A stretch of DNA of 64,000 bases from an uncultured Chloroflexia bacterium (GCA_963765765.1 CAVXYC010000002.1:120257-184256); one strand, 5' to 3'. Positions 8,430 to 20,060 are shown, counted from the first letter of the stretch. The notes: a model not told the origin generated them from the sequence alone. A program made the numbers and translations.

Positions 8430-10235
8430 TTGTTTGGTGAGCTGAGCGCTCAGCAGATGACCTTTCTCGTTATTCTGGTTCTGTCCTTCGGACTGCTTAT
8501 TACCGAGTGGCTGCGTCCGGATATTGCGGCCGTGTTGATAGTCCTGGCCCTCGCCATAACCGGGGTACTCGAGCCGACCGAGGCGCTGAGCGGCTTTTCA
8601 AGCGAGCCGGCGATCGTCGTGGCAGGCATCTTTGTGCTCAGCGCGGGCCTTCATCAGACGGGCCTATCAGACATCGTCAGCAACTGGATTGGCCGACTGG
8701 CCGGGGGTGGCTGGGCGCGCGTGGTGATGGTGATCATGCCCGCGGTAGCTCTATTCTCGGCCTTCACTCATCACCTGACCACCACGGCAGTCATGCTGCC
8801 AGTGACCATGCAGCTTTCACGGGAGCGCGACATTGCACCGTCAAAACTCTTGATGCCACTCTCGTTCGCTGCCTCGTTGGGAACCAGCATCACAATCATT
8901 GGGGCGCCAGCCTTCCTGATTGCGAGCTTGGTGCTGCAGCAGTCGGGAAGACCCGGCCTTGGCATCTTCTCAATCGCTCCGATTGGACTCGCGCTCTCAG
9001 CCGTTGGCACGCTTTTCGTGCTGCTCTTCGGTCGCTTTTTGCTGCCGGATCGGCGGGGCGGAGAGGACGGCTCGGATCGATTCCGCCTGGGCGAGTATCA
9101 CACCGAGATCGCGGTACTGAAGGATTCACCTCTCCAGGACAAGACCGTCCAGCAGGTTCAGGAGGATGACCGGTACGGGTTCAAGGTACTCACGCTGATC
9201 CGGCGGGGTCAGGAGGTAGACGGAGCGTCGAATGAACGGCTTCAGGCGGGCGATGTACTGCTGGCCCGAGCACCGGCCGATGACATCGTCACCCTACGGC
9301 TGGAGCCGGGTGTCGAGCTGCATCCGGTTGAGCAATACAGGCCGCCCAAGCAGAAGAACGGTTACTCAGAGAATGATCCGACAGAGAAGCTGGTGCAGGT
9401 TGTGGTAGCGCCGCGGTCAGAGCTGATCGGCCAAACGATTAGCGAGATCGATTTTCGCCGCCGCTACGGCGCGGTCGTGGTGGCGCTGTGGCGACGTGAC
9501 TCACAGCCGCGCGAAGAGATGGCGCACCTTGCATTGCGTGAGGGCGATGTTCTGGTGCTCCAGGGTGAAGACGACGAGCTGGAGCGTGTTTCGGAGGATC
9601 GTGCGTTCCTGATGATGGTGCCCTTCCACGGCGAGGCGCGGTCGCGAAGCAAAGCACCAATCGCCGGTGCAATCGTTCTCGCAACGATTCTTGCGGCAGC
9701 GTTCAACGTGTTGAGCATCGAGATAGCGGGGCTGGCCGGTGCGGCGGCGATGGTCCTTTTACGTTGCGTCACCACCAATCAGGCCTATCGTGCCATTGAT
9801 ACGCGTATCTTCGTCTTTATAGCGGGTGCCATCCCGCTCGGCCAGGCAATGAGCAAGACAGGCACGGCAGAGCTGTTAGGCCGATGGCTCCAAAGCTTCC
9901 TCAGCGGGATGCACGAGGTGGTGCTCTTACTGGCGTTGTTCTGGGTGGTCGCCGTGCTCACTCAGTTCATGTCTGATTCCGCCACCACTGCCATCTTCGG
10001 CCCAGTAGCCGCGGCGCTGGCCGTGGCGCTCGGTCGGCCACCGGAGGCTTACGTGGTTACCGTTGCCATGGCATCAGTAGTAGCGTTCCTGACACCGATC
10101 GGTCACCACGGAAATCTCCTGATCTACGGTCCGGGACGGTACCAGTTCCGCGACTTCGTCAAGGTCGGGACGCCCCTGACGGTGCTTGCCAGCCTCGTGG
10201 TAGCGTTTATGGCCCCGATGATCTGGCGAACTTGA
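8430..10235 (+). CDS. SLC13/CitMHS-like anion permease with two TrkA-C (RCK_C) domains
   Basis: Multi-TM, PSKLLMPLSFAASLG, two RCK_C repeats, FLTPIGHHGNLLIYGPG.Y.F.DF. Confidence 0.92.
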   Translation: MFGELSAQQMTFLVILVLSFGLLITEWLRPDIAAVLIVLALAITGVLEPTEALSGFSSEPAIVVAGIFVLSAGLHQTGLSDIVSNWIGRLAGGGWARVVMVIMPAVALFSAFTHHLTTTAVMLPVTMQLSRERDIAPSKLLMPLSFAASLGTSITIIGAPAFLIASLVLQQSGRPGLGIFSIAPIGLALSAVGTLFVLLFGRFLLPDRRGGEDGSDRFRLGEYHTEIAVLKDSPLQDKTVQQVQEDDRYGFKVLTLIRRGQEVDGASNERLQAGDVLLARAPADDIVTLRLEPGVELHPVEQYRPPKQKNGYSENDPTEKLVQVVVAPRSELIGQTISEIDFRRRYGAVVVALWRRDSQPREEMAHLALREGDVLVLQGEDDELERVSEDRAFLMMVPFHGEARSRSKAPIAGAIVLATILAAAFNVLSIEIAGLAGAAAMVLLRCVTTNQAYRAIDTRIFVFIAGAIPLGQAMSKTGTAELLGRWLQSFLSGMHEVVLLLALFWVVAVLTQFMSDSATTAIFGPVAAALAVALGRPPEAYVVTVAMASVVAFLTPIGHHGNLLIYGPGRYQFRDFVKVGTPLTVLASLVVAFMAPMIWRT

Positions 10236-10395
10236 CGCGGGCGGCGGAATCGAAGTGTGGTTGTTCCATCACTGGTCCGGAGGCTAACAAGTGAGAACGC
10301 AATCTGGACGCATCGTGTTCTGACTTCTCGGGCCGGTGGAGCGGCAGGCCGGTGAATCACCGACCAAGGGCTTCGCGTCAACCCGGCCGGTAATT

Positions 10396-11754
10396 TCAAG
10401 CACCGTTAATCGCAAACCTCAACGCCGTATGATTCAGCGTACCCGGGAGTGGCTCGTCCGGACGCAGGCGGCCGGGTGATAGAAGGCCAATCGTTCGGCC
10501 GTCGATCATTGCGCTCAACATGGCGGCGGCCATCATGAGAACGAGGTCGCGTCCGGGGCAAACCGCCGGGCCAGCGCTGAAGGGGACGAGCGGCCATCCA
10601 TCAGCCGACTCGTTATCGAGCCACAGATCGGGTGTGAAACGATCGGCGAAGGGCAGACGAGCGTCGTCTCGATGAAAAAATGGTGCGAATATCGCAATAC
10701 CGGTGCCCGCCGGAAGTGTCCCCGTTTCCCAGTGTGTTTCGGCGGTGGTCTGGCGCAGAATGATGGGCGTCGTGGGCCACAGGCGGACTGATTCGAGGAC
10801 GCACGCTCGCAGATATGCCTGATCGTGGCGCGGCGACGAGTCGGAGCCGCGCATAGCCACTTGAGCCCGCTCGGCCGCGACTGGATGGGTGGCAAGTAGC
10901 GCCAGCGTCCGAAAGGTAGCAATCGCTCCGGCGTCAAATGCAAACAGCCAATGAGCCACCTGGTCCGCAGGGGCCGCGGTCGCGGATCCCGGCACGGCCG
11001 CGATGACCTCGGCCAGGCTGCCGGCCTCTGCTCGATCGAGGTACCGCTGCAATCGTCGATAGAAACGCTGTCGAAGTCGCGTCCGACGTGGCTTGAGGAA
11101 CGCCCAGTTCGCGTCGGAGCGCAGCCGCGCAAGCATGTCAACGAGCTGCGCGTCATCGCGGGCATCCCTGCCCAGCACCACCCGCCGTACCGCGCGGAAC
11201 CACGCGTCGATGAATGGATTCCAGGTGAGCTCTCCGAGATTCTGCACTTCGGCAAGCAGGCATTCTGCCTCCTCTGCAACCGCCGTAAAGAAGCTCTCAG
11301 CCAACCGATGGTAGGGTTGACCAAGCCCCAGCACTGTCTCGTTGAATTGGCGCCGTTCGGCCCGTTCCGGCCCCTGCGAGGTCAGCACGCTCCTCGGCTG
11401 GAAGTGCGCCAGGGAAGCTCGCTTCTCATCGGCCGCGGCTGCGAATGGCTCCGGAGTCTCTGTAAGGATCCTGCGGACGTGCTCAGGAGAGAGCACCAGG
11501 GCCCGGGGCCATCGTGATGGGGTGCGAAGGAGCAGCGGCCCGGTCCCGTACGTGTCCCGGAGCCGCTGCATACGATGCACGGCGCGTCGATCGAGATCGA
11601 GCCGCTCGGCCACCGCTACGACGGTCGGCCGGCGGATGATTACTCCGCGGGAAATGACAGGCACCAGCACTTCAGTGAAGACGGCCAGCGTCTCTCGCAG
11701 CGTGGCTCTCGGCACCAGCGCGTTCTCGGTAGATCTCGATGCTACTGCCATCAT
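10396..11754 (-). CDS. Cytochrome P450
   Basis: ESVRLWP (ExxR), FTPDLW, PFSAGPAVCPG heme-thiolate motif. Confidence 0.9.
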   Translation of the reverse strand: MMAVASRSTENALVPRATLRETLAVFTEVLVPVISRGVIIRRPTVVAVAERLDLDRRAVHRMQRLRDTYGTGPLLLRTPSRWPRALVLSPEHVRRILTETPEPFAAAADEKRASLAHFQPRSVLTSQGPERAERRQFNETVLGLGQPYHRLAESFFTAVAEEAECLLAEVQNLGELTWNPFIDAWFRAVRRVVLGRDARDDAQLVDMLARLRSDANWAFLKPRRTRLRQRFYRRLQRYLDRAEAGSLAEVIAAVPGSATAAPADQVAHWLFAFDAGAIATFRTLALLATHPVAAERAQVAMRGSDSSPRHDQAYLRACVLESVRLWPTTPIILRQTTAETHWETGTLPAGTGIAIFAPFFHRDDARLPFADRFTPDLWLDNESADGWPLVPFSAGPAVCPGRDLVLMMAAAMLSAMIDGRTIGLLSPGRLRPDEPLPGTLNHTALRFAINGA

Positions 11755-11853
11755 CGCTCCCCTGGACCAACGGGTGCCCTGCGGGAGGCAACATCCGAGC
11801 CAGGAGTGACGGTCCTGTGCGTAGGGGCCGTGGGCGTGCAGCCCAGCGCTATC

Positions 11854-12005
11854 CCTGGGACCGCGGGCGTCCCTCGAATTTTCGGGCTCCGTACAGTTCA
11901 CCGAGGTCCGGTAACGGCGGGCATCGTGCCCGCCGTTACCGGACCTGAGATCACGCGATGCGGCCTCGACGGACGCGGGTACGGGCGGGACGCCCGTGGT
12001 CCCAG
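11854..12005. repeat. REP-like arms (CCTGGGACC.CGGGCGTCC) enclosing a near-perfect hairpin at 11905-11945
   Basis: cctgggaccgcgggcgtccc ... gggacgcccgtggtcccagg; ggtccggtaacggcgggca-tcg-tgcccgccgttaccggacc. Confidence 0.7.
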
Positions 12006-12012
12006 GGGCGCC

Positions 12013-13697
12013 TTACTTCTCCAACCAGGTGCTCTCCACGGGCCAGAAACCTGTCCCTGAGTGCGCCGCGAAGTTCTTTACATAGGGCTGCACGGCGCGG
12101 TAGATAACTGGCGTGTAAGTGGCCAGACCCATCGCATGCTCCGTCGTGTAGCGGACCGCCTCGCGTACGATCTCGCGCCTTTTCGCCGTATCCGGCTCGC
12201 TCCGTTGCGCCTCCAGCAAGCGGGTCACATTGGGGTCATCGACGCCGTAGTAGTTGCGCTGGGAGGCCGGGTGAAACGATAGATAGAGATAGGAGTCCAC
12301 ATCCGGCTGCACGCTGACGCCGCGCAGTGTGATGTCATAGGTATCGCGACGCGTCCGTTCCAGATATGCGGGCAGATCCATGGACTTCAATTCCAAGTTG
12401 ATGCCGACCTTCTTGAGCTGGCTCTGGAAGAGCTGCATCTCCAGGATGTACCCCTCGCCGAAGCCATTCCCGGGATAGAGGAACTCCAGGTTCAGGCCGT
12501 TGGCGTGGCCGGCCTCGGTGAGGAGTCGGCGTGACTCGTTGAGATCGGTCTTGAGCATCTGACGCACTTCGTCCTGGCTGAATGTGTCCGGAAAAGCACC
12601 GTAGAGTGACCAGGAGCCCTTGCCGCCGGAGAATGTCTGGATGAATTCGTCCCGATCTATCGCGAGTGAGATCGCCTTACGCACGCGCTCATCGTTCAGA
12701 GGGGGCCGCCGCTCGTTCATATAGATCGCCTGAGCGGCAAGGCTCTGCTGCGGCATCAGTACCACGTCCGGCGACTCGCGCTTGAACTGCTCGGCCTCCT
12801 GGAACGTCATCGTGGTCGTCATATCAAGCTGCTTCGTCTTGAACGCGTTACTGATGCTCGCCAGGTCGCGGATGATAAGCCAGCGGATCTCATCCAGGTA
12901 CGGCTTGCCTTGCTCCCAGTAGTTGGGATTCTTCTTCCAGATCCAACGTGAGCCTTTTTGCGATGACGCGACGTCGAGCTGGAAGGGGCCGCTGCCAACG
13001 ATGCGATTGGCAAAGCTGCCGTCCTCGTCATAGATCTCACGCGCCAGAATCGGATTGTTAAAGGCGGCCGCGTAACTGAGAAATGGCGCGAACGATTTGG
13101 AGAAAGAGATCTTTACTGTCAGTGGATCAGGCGTCTCGATGCGCTCCATGCCTTCGAAGTAGGAAGCGAATTGAGCGGGCGGAAGCCCCTTGTCCTTGAA
13201 CTCTCCCGTTCGCGACCAGTACTCGTAGCTGAACTTCACATCGGCAGACGTAAGGTCACGCCCATTCACCGGCGGAAGATTGGCGAATTTGAGTCCTTTG
13301 CGGAGATAGAAGGTGTAGCTGCGTGCGTCCGGAGAAACTTCCCAGCGTTCAGCCAGAGCCGGCTCGATCTCCAGCTCGCCAAACCCCACGTCAGGTCCAT
13401 GCTTGAACCTGAGCAGACTGTCGTAGGCAAGTCCCGTTGCATGAAGTGCCCCTCGCTGCACGCCCGTGAGACTCATATCGAAGCTTGATGGGTCGTTGAC
13501 CTCTTCGACGATGAGCGTTCCACCGCGCCGCGGCTCACCAGGGCCGCAGATGCGGCAGGTTGGACGGATTGCTGGCCCGCGCTACACGCGGCAAGCAGGA
13601 GTGAGATGAGCCCAATCAATGATTGAGCGGCGAATCGATTGGGCACTGCGGGGTGCCGGGCCGTGTCTCGTACTGGGGTCGACCTGTGTCCGTGCAT
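12013..13697 (-). CDS. ABC transporter substrate-binding lipoprotein, family 5 (peptide/nickel); frameshift near 13530
   Basis: Lipobox LLAAC in the upstream fragment; LAERWEVSPD..YTFYLRKGLKF, VGSGPF, KPYLD, VRKAISLAIDR. Confidence 0.9.
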
Positions 13698-13816
13698 GGA
13701 AGACTGAACCTCCGCGCTAGAGATGATCACCATGTGCCGAGTTGTGAGCGACCGATCCCAGCACGATAAGCCGCTGGCGTCTGGCCGTCAACGTCTCCAA
13801 TGCATCGGCGCAAAAC

Positions 13817-13940
13817 TGGGATCGCCGACATCCTGCCGCCCGGCCCTGGGGGTCGCCTCGTGGTCACCACAGCCACTGGAGTCCAAGGCATCTTCCGGCG
13901 GCCCTCGGGGGCCGGGCCGACAGGATGTCGGCGGTCCAAG
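13817..13940. repeat. REP/MITE-like element with ~30-bp terminal inverted repeats (CTGGGA.CGCCGACATCCTG), copy 1
   Basis: Arms nearly identical to those at 36298-36436. Confidence 0.8.
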
Positions 13941-13963
13941 TCAGTCTCAACGCGTGAAGTGCA

Positions 13964-13993
13964 TTGACAGGCAAGTGAATACTTGCCTATAGT
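13964..13993 (+). promoter_or_regulatory. Sigma70-type promoter TTGACA-N18-TATAGT with palindromic operator AGGCAAGT-gaat-ACTTGCCT; leaderless start
   Basis: Consensus -35, near-consensus -10, 7 nt before GTG 14001. Confidence 0.75.
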
Positions 13994-14000
13994 GAACACT

Positions 14001-14273
14001 GTGAGCGACGTCTACAAGGCGATCGCGGATGAGACCCGCCGAATTATTCTGGACGAGCTTACCGAGCGAAACGGTCAGACTCTGTTCGAAATTTGTGCGC
14101 GGCTCGCCACGAAGCACCAGCTTGCGCTCACGCGGCAAGCTATCTCACAGCATCTTGCGGTATTGGAGGAGGCAGGGCTCGTGAGTACTCGCCGCGAGGG
14201 TCGATATAAGTTCCACTACCTTGATACAGAACCAATCGAGATCATCGTGAAACGATGGCTTAACAAACCGTGA
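14001..14273 (+). CDS. ArsR/SmtB family transcriptional regulator
   Basis: YKAIADETRRIILDEL...RQAISQHLAVLEEAGLV..RREGR. Confidence 0.92.
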   Translation: MSDVYKAIADETRRIILDELTERNGQTLFEICARLATKHQLALTRQAISQHLAVLEEAGLVSTRREGRYKFHYLDTEPIEIIVKRWLNKP

Positions 14274-14286
14274 GGCTTGAATCGAC

Positions 14287-14697
14287 ATGCGAATGTTGAT
14301 CAGTAGCGTCCTGGTGGACGATCAGGAAAAGGCGCTCGACTTCTATACCACCAAGCTGGGATTCATCAAGAAGACCGATATCCCGCTGGGTCAGTACCGT
14401 TGGCTCACCGTTGTGTCACCGGAAGACATGGATGGACACGAGCTGGTTCTAGAGCCCGATCAGCACCCGGCGGCAAAGCAGTTCAAGGCCGCGTTGCTGG
14501 AGGACGGTATCCCAAGTCGATCGTTTGCCTGCGATGACGTGGAACGTGTGTACGAGCGCCTTGTAAATGAGGGTGTCACTTTCACTCAGCCGCCAACTGA
14601 AATGGGGCCCGCGACGATGGCTGTCCTGGACGACACCTGCGGAAACTTGATTCAGATCGCCAGCCTAGCAGCCAAGTCGGAGCACGGTAACAACTGA
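14287..14697 (+). CDS. VOC/glyoxalase family protein
   Basis: VDDQEKALDFYTTKLGF, DDTCGNLIQ. Confidence 0.92.
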   Translation: MRMLISSVLVDDQEKALDFYTTKLGFIKKTDIPLGQYRWLTVVSPEDMDGHELVLEPDQHPAAKQFKAALLEDGIPSRSFACDDVERVYERLVNEGVTFTQPPTEMGPATMAVLDDTCGNLIQIASLAAKSEHGNN

Positions 14698-14709
14698 GGA
14701 AAGCGAGAC

Positions 14710-15280
14710 ATGGGCGAACGTGAGCAAGCACTTCTCGAAGAAATCGCGTCCACTGAACGCGAGCAGCAAGGTGCAGCGTACAGGGAGCTACTAGAGCTCA
14801 CCTCGAAGCCCGTCGACTGGGCATACCAGGCGTGGGACCAGCTGTTCGCGGCGCTCCGATCCAGGGACAATCGACTTCGTTCGATCGCAGCTCAGCTCAT
14901 CTCGAACCTCGCGGCACGAAGCGATCCCGAAGGGCGCATCCTGAATGGAGCTTCCGGATCTCCTGGCCGTCACTCACGATGAGAAGTTCGTCACCGCTCG
15001 ACATGCGCTTCAGTCGCTCTGGGTCATTGGGCTCGCCGGGGATGCGCAGCGGTCGGTCATTGTAGAAAGCTTCGCGACGCGATTCGACGAGGCGGGCTCG
15101 GAGAAGAACGGCAGACTCGTCCGCTATGACATTATCGAGGCGCTCCGAAAGCTGTTTAACAAGACGGGGGATGACGCCATCGAACGTCGATCGCTCGAGC
15201 TCATCGCGACAGAGCTCGACGAGAAGCATCGCAAGAAATACAGCGCAGTCTGGCGCGACCGGCTGGATGCCCGGCGGTAG
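14710..15280 (+). CDS. Hypothetical alpha-helical (HEAT-like) protein, frameshift near 14945
   Basis: Two overlapping ORFs join: VDWAYQAWDQL...DEKFVTARHALQSLW. Confidence 0.65.
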
Positions 15281-15425
15281 GTGGCAGCCCGGTTCGCGGC
15301 TACAGCATCCGACCTACCGGCCGAGCCAGCCTGCAACGATGCGCGCGTCACTGCCCTGCACGGTCTCCTCTGGCCCCGGTTCTCTGTGATAATGGCCACC
15401 CAACAAGCTTGAGGAGCACAAAATC

Positions 15426-16525
15426 ATGGCGGACAAGATTCGTCTGGGGTACGTTGGCGCCAACGTTCACTCTAACTGGGCCTCACAGTCGCATTACCCG
15501 GCCTTGCTGGCCAGTCCCACCGTCGAGCTCACGGCGGTATGCACCAGTCGGCCGGAAAGCGCCGAAGAAGCTAAGGAAACGTTCGGCGCCAAACTGGCAT
15601 TCAGCGACTATCGCGAGATGGTCGTCTCGCCGGAGATCGACGCCGTGGCTGTGGTCATCAAAGTTCCCGAGCACTACGGGCCGACGAAGGCCGCCATCGA
15701 AGCCGGCAAGCACGTCTACACCGAGTGGCCGCTGGGCCGAACCACCGCCGAAGCGGAGGAGCTAGCGGCACTGGCCAAGTCGAAGGGTGTGCAGACCGCG
15801 GTAGGTCTGCAGTCGCGGGTCAGCCCGACGCTGATGTACATGAAGGAGCTGATCGAGTCGGGTTACCTGGGGCAGGTCCTGTCCTGCCACGTGAGCTGCA
15901 TCCGTGATGGATCGCTAGCTCGCCCGTCCGGGCGCACCTGGCAGCGTGATTTCAGTCAGGGTGCCAACACGCTGACCATTGCGAATGGGCACGTCATCGA
16001 CGCCCTGCGCTTTGTCGCCGGCAACTTCACCCGCGTGGCGAGCATGGTCACGACCCAATCCCCGCAAGTGGTACGAGACCGACACCAAGCAGATGGTGGA
16101 CGTGACTTCGCCTGACAACGTGCTGGTGAGCGGCAAGCTCGAGAGCGGCGCGGTGGCCTCTGTCCATGTCGCGGCCGCGCCGTGGGCTGGCAGCGGCTTC
16201 CGTATGGAGATCTACGGCACCGAGGGGACGCTCATCGCCACCGGCGACGTCTCGTCTCAGCGTGGCCAGACGCTACGCCTGCAGGCCGCCAAAGGCGGCC
16301 ACGAGCTGACCGACCTCGCAGTTCCCCGAGAAATTCGCGTTCGTTCCGGCCGACTTCCCGCGTGGCGACCCTTACAACGTCGGTCAGATGTACGCGCTGT
16401 TCTCCGAGGCCGTTCGCACCGGCCAGAATCGCCTTCCCACATTCGACACTGCCGTCGGGCTGCACCGCTTCATCGACACGCTCAAGGCGGCGTCTGATGC
16501 GGGGCGGGAGTTGGATGTGGCCTGA
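15426..16525 (+). CDS. Gfo/Idh/MocA family oxidoreductase (two frameshifts)
   Basis: AGKHVYTEWPLG, GHVIDAL; fragments colinear with the intact paralog at 41542. Confidence 0.88.
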
Positions 16526-16621
16526 GTCGCGACTCAGGGAGCCGACGCAGCCGACATCGCGTCCGGTTCGAATCTTGCGCGCTGCCCTGACGAAGCCACG
16601 TGCACTCAGGAGGGCGAAGCC

Positions 16622-16966
16622 ATGGCATCTGCGGGCACCGTTCGCGATGAGCGATATACCGACTGGTTGAGCAGTCAGAAGGAGCCGATGATCCGCTCGG
16701 TGGACCTGAAGCGGCTCTGGGACGAGGCCTGGGAGGCTGCGCTTCAGGCGGTGCTGGCTGAGAGCACGGTAGCAGATGCGGCTCGGGATGCTCACGTTGC
16801 GTGGCTCGCCTCTCCGGCCGCGGAGAAACAACCGGTCTCATCTGAGCCTGAGGATTGGACTGCGCTCGACGAGGACAGCCAGGAAGGCTGGCATCGTGTG
16901 GCGGAGCGAGCTATCAGCGGCGCTGTCCACCGCGTGCGCGAGCGGCCGGAGTCCACCGCAGGCTGA
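16622..16966 (+). CDS. Hypothetical protein
   Basis: 114-aa ORF with AGGAGG RBS and protein-like composition. Confidence 0.55.
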   Translation: MASAGTVRDERYTDWLSSQKEPMIRSVDLKRLWDEAWEAALQAVLAESTVADAARDAHVAWLASPAAEKQPVSSEPEDWTALDEDSQEGWHRVAERAISGAVHRVRERPESTAG

Positions 16967-17102
16967 CGATCGATCGGAGTCGGCTCCGAGCATCCGGCGC
17001 GCTCCGACGTGCGTGGCCGGATGTGAGAACGACAGGAGTTTGAGGGGCGAGCTGTCCACAGCTCGCCCTCTTGTCTACTAACGCACTCCGTTCGCCTGTA
17101 CG

Positions 17103-18146
17103 CTATGCAAGGTGACCAAGCGCGTCGGGATAGAGGCGCACCACATTGTCCTGGAGCACTTTCTTCAGGGTGATCTCATCGAGATGCCCGAGCTGGGTCG
17201 CAATGGATTGCCGTGAATACGGCCACATGGATGCGCCGTGAGGATAATCACTGGACCACATGCAGTTGTCCTGGCCCCAGCTCGAGAGAAGCTTGCCGCC
17301 GACTTCATCATGGATAAAGGTGGCGTAGACCTGCCTCTCGAACTTCCGGCTGGGTAATTCCTCGGGAGCGACCCCGCGTCGCGAGAGGGCGTCGTCCCAT
17401 TGCTGCAGTATGAAGGGGATCCATCCAATGTGGAGCTCCACAAGGACCAGTTTCAGCCGCGGATGCCGCTCGAGTACGCCGCTGGTCACGATGTCAAACA
17501 TCGCATTAGCGGCATCCACATAGCGGGTGAGCGATTCCTTGATGCGCTGACTTTCACTTTCCTGGAAGCTAGGATGGCTCTTGAGATGCAGGATCGTGTG
17601 GAGGTTGATGGGCGCGTCCAACGCCTCGGCCGCATCCCATAGTGGCTCATAGTGAGACGCGGTGAACGGCAGCTCGGGCGGATGGTTCAGCCAGATGAGG
17701 GCGCCGTGTAATCCCTTGTTTCGGCAGCGTTCCAGCTCTTCCACGGCATGATCGATGTTGTACGTGGAGAGCAACGGCAGGCCCACCAGCCGCTGCGGCG
17801 CGTGGCCGCAGTAAGCGATCAGCCAGTCGTTGTAGGCGTGGAACAGAGCCTCCTGATAGTCGGGATCGTCAATATCAAAAAGCCGGATGCCGGTCGTTGG
17901 ATATAGCACTTCGGCGCTGACGCCGTCGATCTCCATCTCCTTGACTCGTTCGCGCGGGTCCATTCCGCCGGGCTTGCCCTTGGCGAGATCGCTCTGCTGG
18001 CCGATCTGCGCGGCGCGATCCCGGTACTGATTTGGCACCTCGAGCCAGACGGTTGGCGGCTCGTGAACGTGCGAGTCCGCGGAGATGATGCTCGTCGCCT
18101 GGTCGATTGTTGCGGCTCCCACAACGTCACTACTGGTAGTAGTCAT
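17103..18146 (-). CDS. Amidohydrolase family 2 protein
   Basis: SADSHVHEP, EVLYPT, AYNDWL, WSSDYPH. Confidence 0.92.
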   Translation of the reverse strand: MTTTSSDVVGAATIDQATSIISADSHVHEPPTVWLEVPNQYRDRAAQIGQQSDLAKGKPGGMDPRERVKEMEIDGVSAEVLYPTTGIRLFDIDDPDYQEALFHAYNDWLIAYCGHAPQRLVGLPLLSTYNIDHAVEELERCRNKGLHGALIWLNHPPELPFTASHYEPLWDAAEALDAPINLHTILHLKSHPSFQESESQRIKESLTRYVDAANAMFDIVTSGVLERHPRLKLVLVELHIGWIPFILQQWDDALSRRGVAPEELPSRKFERQVYATFIHDEVGGKLLSSWGQDNCMWSSDYPHGASMWPYSRQSIATQLGHLDEITLKKVLQDNVVRLYPDALGHLA

Positions 18147-18161
18147 TGGTGGATCCTTCCA

Positions 18162-19585
18162 TCAGAGATGCCCACGGTGAGCAGGCGTCTCCACCGTCCC
18201 GCTATGGTCAGGCGGCGACTCCTGCGCATGCGTCTCCGCCCAGGAGTTGCGGATGACTTGACCCGAATGCGCCCCGGTGTGCTCGCCATGGTCGATGAGT
18301 ACTTCGCCGTTGACGATGGTGTAGTCGACGCCGCTGGCATGCTGGACCAGGCGCTCGAAGCCGCCAGGATAGTCGCCCGCCTTCATCGACTCCTCGGCCC
18401 CGATCGTCTCGGGATCGAAGATGACAAGATCCGCGGCCCAATCACGCCACACCGAGTCCGCGATCCTTAAAGCCGAAGATGGAAGCGACTTTGAAGGTCA
18501 GGACGTTGACTGCCTGCTCGAGACTTACCAGCCCCTTCTCTCGCACCCAGTAGCCCAGCAGCTCCGTGGCTATACCCTGGGACCCGGTCCGATCCACGTG
18601 CGCGCCGGCGTCGGACATGCCCACATTGGTGTATGGATGGCGGATGATCTCCGCGATGGCTTCCTGGATCTTTGATTCGGCCCAGATGAATGTTGGTGTT
18701 GCCGTAGAGGCGCAGTCCTTCACGGATGTACGAGTCGACATACTCGAGTTGCTCCCGGTGGAAGTCCGGCCGCTTCGCCAGCCAGTTGACACTGCTCCAG
18801 AGCACCGGCCGTCCCGAGGCGCGTCCGAGGCGAGCAAACCAGTCGATATCATCCAGCGTGTGGGCGCCCATATTGGAGTGCTGCACGATGGCCGTGTTGA
18901 ACTCGGAAAGCACGCTTGCCAGCGCCAAGCATCTCATCGTCGCTGGCCATACGGCTGGGTAGGGGCTTGCCGTCGTCCCGGAAGTGGCCGCAGGTTGCGA
19001 TTGATCGTGTAGCCCATGGCGCCGTCGGCGATGCCCTGCCGCAGCAGGTCTTTCATGGCCTCGATCTCTCCCGGTGTCGCTTCCCGCTCGGCGGCGTCGT
19101 CGGCCCATGACGTATTGCCGCGAGAGCGTTGTGCCCGATCATGGACGCGACGTTGACTCCAAGCCCCGGCTCTAGCGCGCCGAAATATTCGGCCACCGTG
19201 CTCCAGCGCCATTCCATGGTCTCCAGGATGTGCGCGCGGAATGCCCTCCACCCGCACGAAGGTGCCAATCAAGCGCGGAGCCATCGCCGGGTTCTCGCTG
19301 GCATCAGACTGAGTCCGCAGTTGCCGGTGATCACCGTGGTTATCCCGTGCTCGGGAGACGGGAGCGCGCCGGAGTCCCACAGGAGATGGGCGTCGAGGTG
19401 GGTGTGGTGATCGATAAATCCGGGCGCCACAACTCTGCCCGCCGCGTCGATGGTCTTGCGGCCACGTCTGATACCCTGCCTATCTCGGCGATCCGGCCCG
19501 CCTGCACCGCGACGTCCGCGGCATATGCAGGCATGCCCGAGCCGTCCACCACTTTCGCGTCCCTGATGACGAGGTCGTATGTCAT
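18162..19585 (-). pseudogene. N-acyl-D-amino-acid deacylase-like amidohydrolase; multiple frameshifts and an apparent internal deletion
   Basis: [51 protein letters not shown] spread across several frames. Confidence 0.75.
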
Positions 19586-19797
19586 GAACGGCCATCTCCT
19601 TTCACTACGTGCGGGGAGCCACAACCGACGTTCTTCGCTTTTTCCGCCCTCCACGGTACAAGAAAACTCGACGCTCCGCTCGCTGGGGCCGCCCGAACTT
19701 GCCCACGATAAGAGAATGAGGACCTATGAATTAGCTCTGCGCGAGCTTCGGGCGTATCAGGCGGATGCGACGCCAGACGTTGATCGAATGTACGGCA

Positions 19798-19918
19798 GGC
19801 CTCTGTAGCGCGGTGGTCTTGCGCCCCGCGCCGCCGAGGAATGCTGAGCGCAATGAACGGCTTCGAAATGCGCCCAGATCTCGGGGCGCGGGCGCAAGAC
19901 CACCGCGCTACAGAGGCG
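19798..19918. repeat. GTAG-type REP doublet
   Basis: gcctctgtagcgcggtggtcttgcgccc ... gggcgcaagaccaccgcgctacagaggc. Confidence 0.8.
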
Positions 19919-20060
19919 TGCGTGGCTGAGGCCGCCTGCGCCGTCAGTGCATCCGGAATGGGACTAGATAGAATTGCACGTCTACGCGAGAATGGAGCGC
20001 TTCGCCTTTTGCGATCGACGCAAAGACGCGTGTAGCGGCACGCTCCAGCGCCTTGTCGGG

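Noticed and set aside
11755-11901. N-terminal extension of the P450 ORF
   Set aside because: Runs through a REP-like arm; GGAG RBS supports a start at 11754 or 11751
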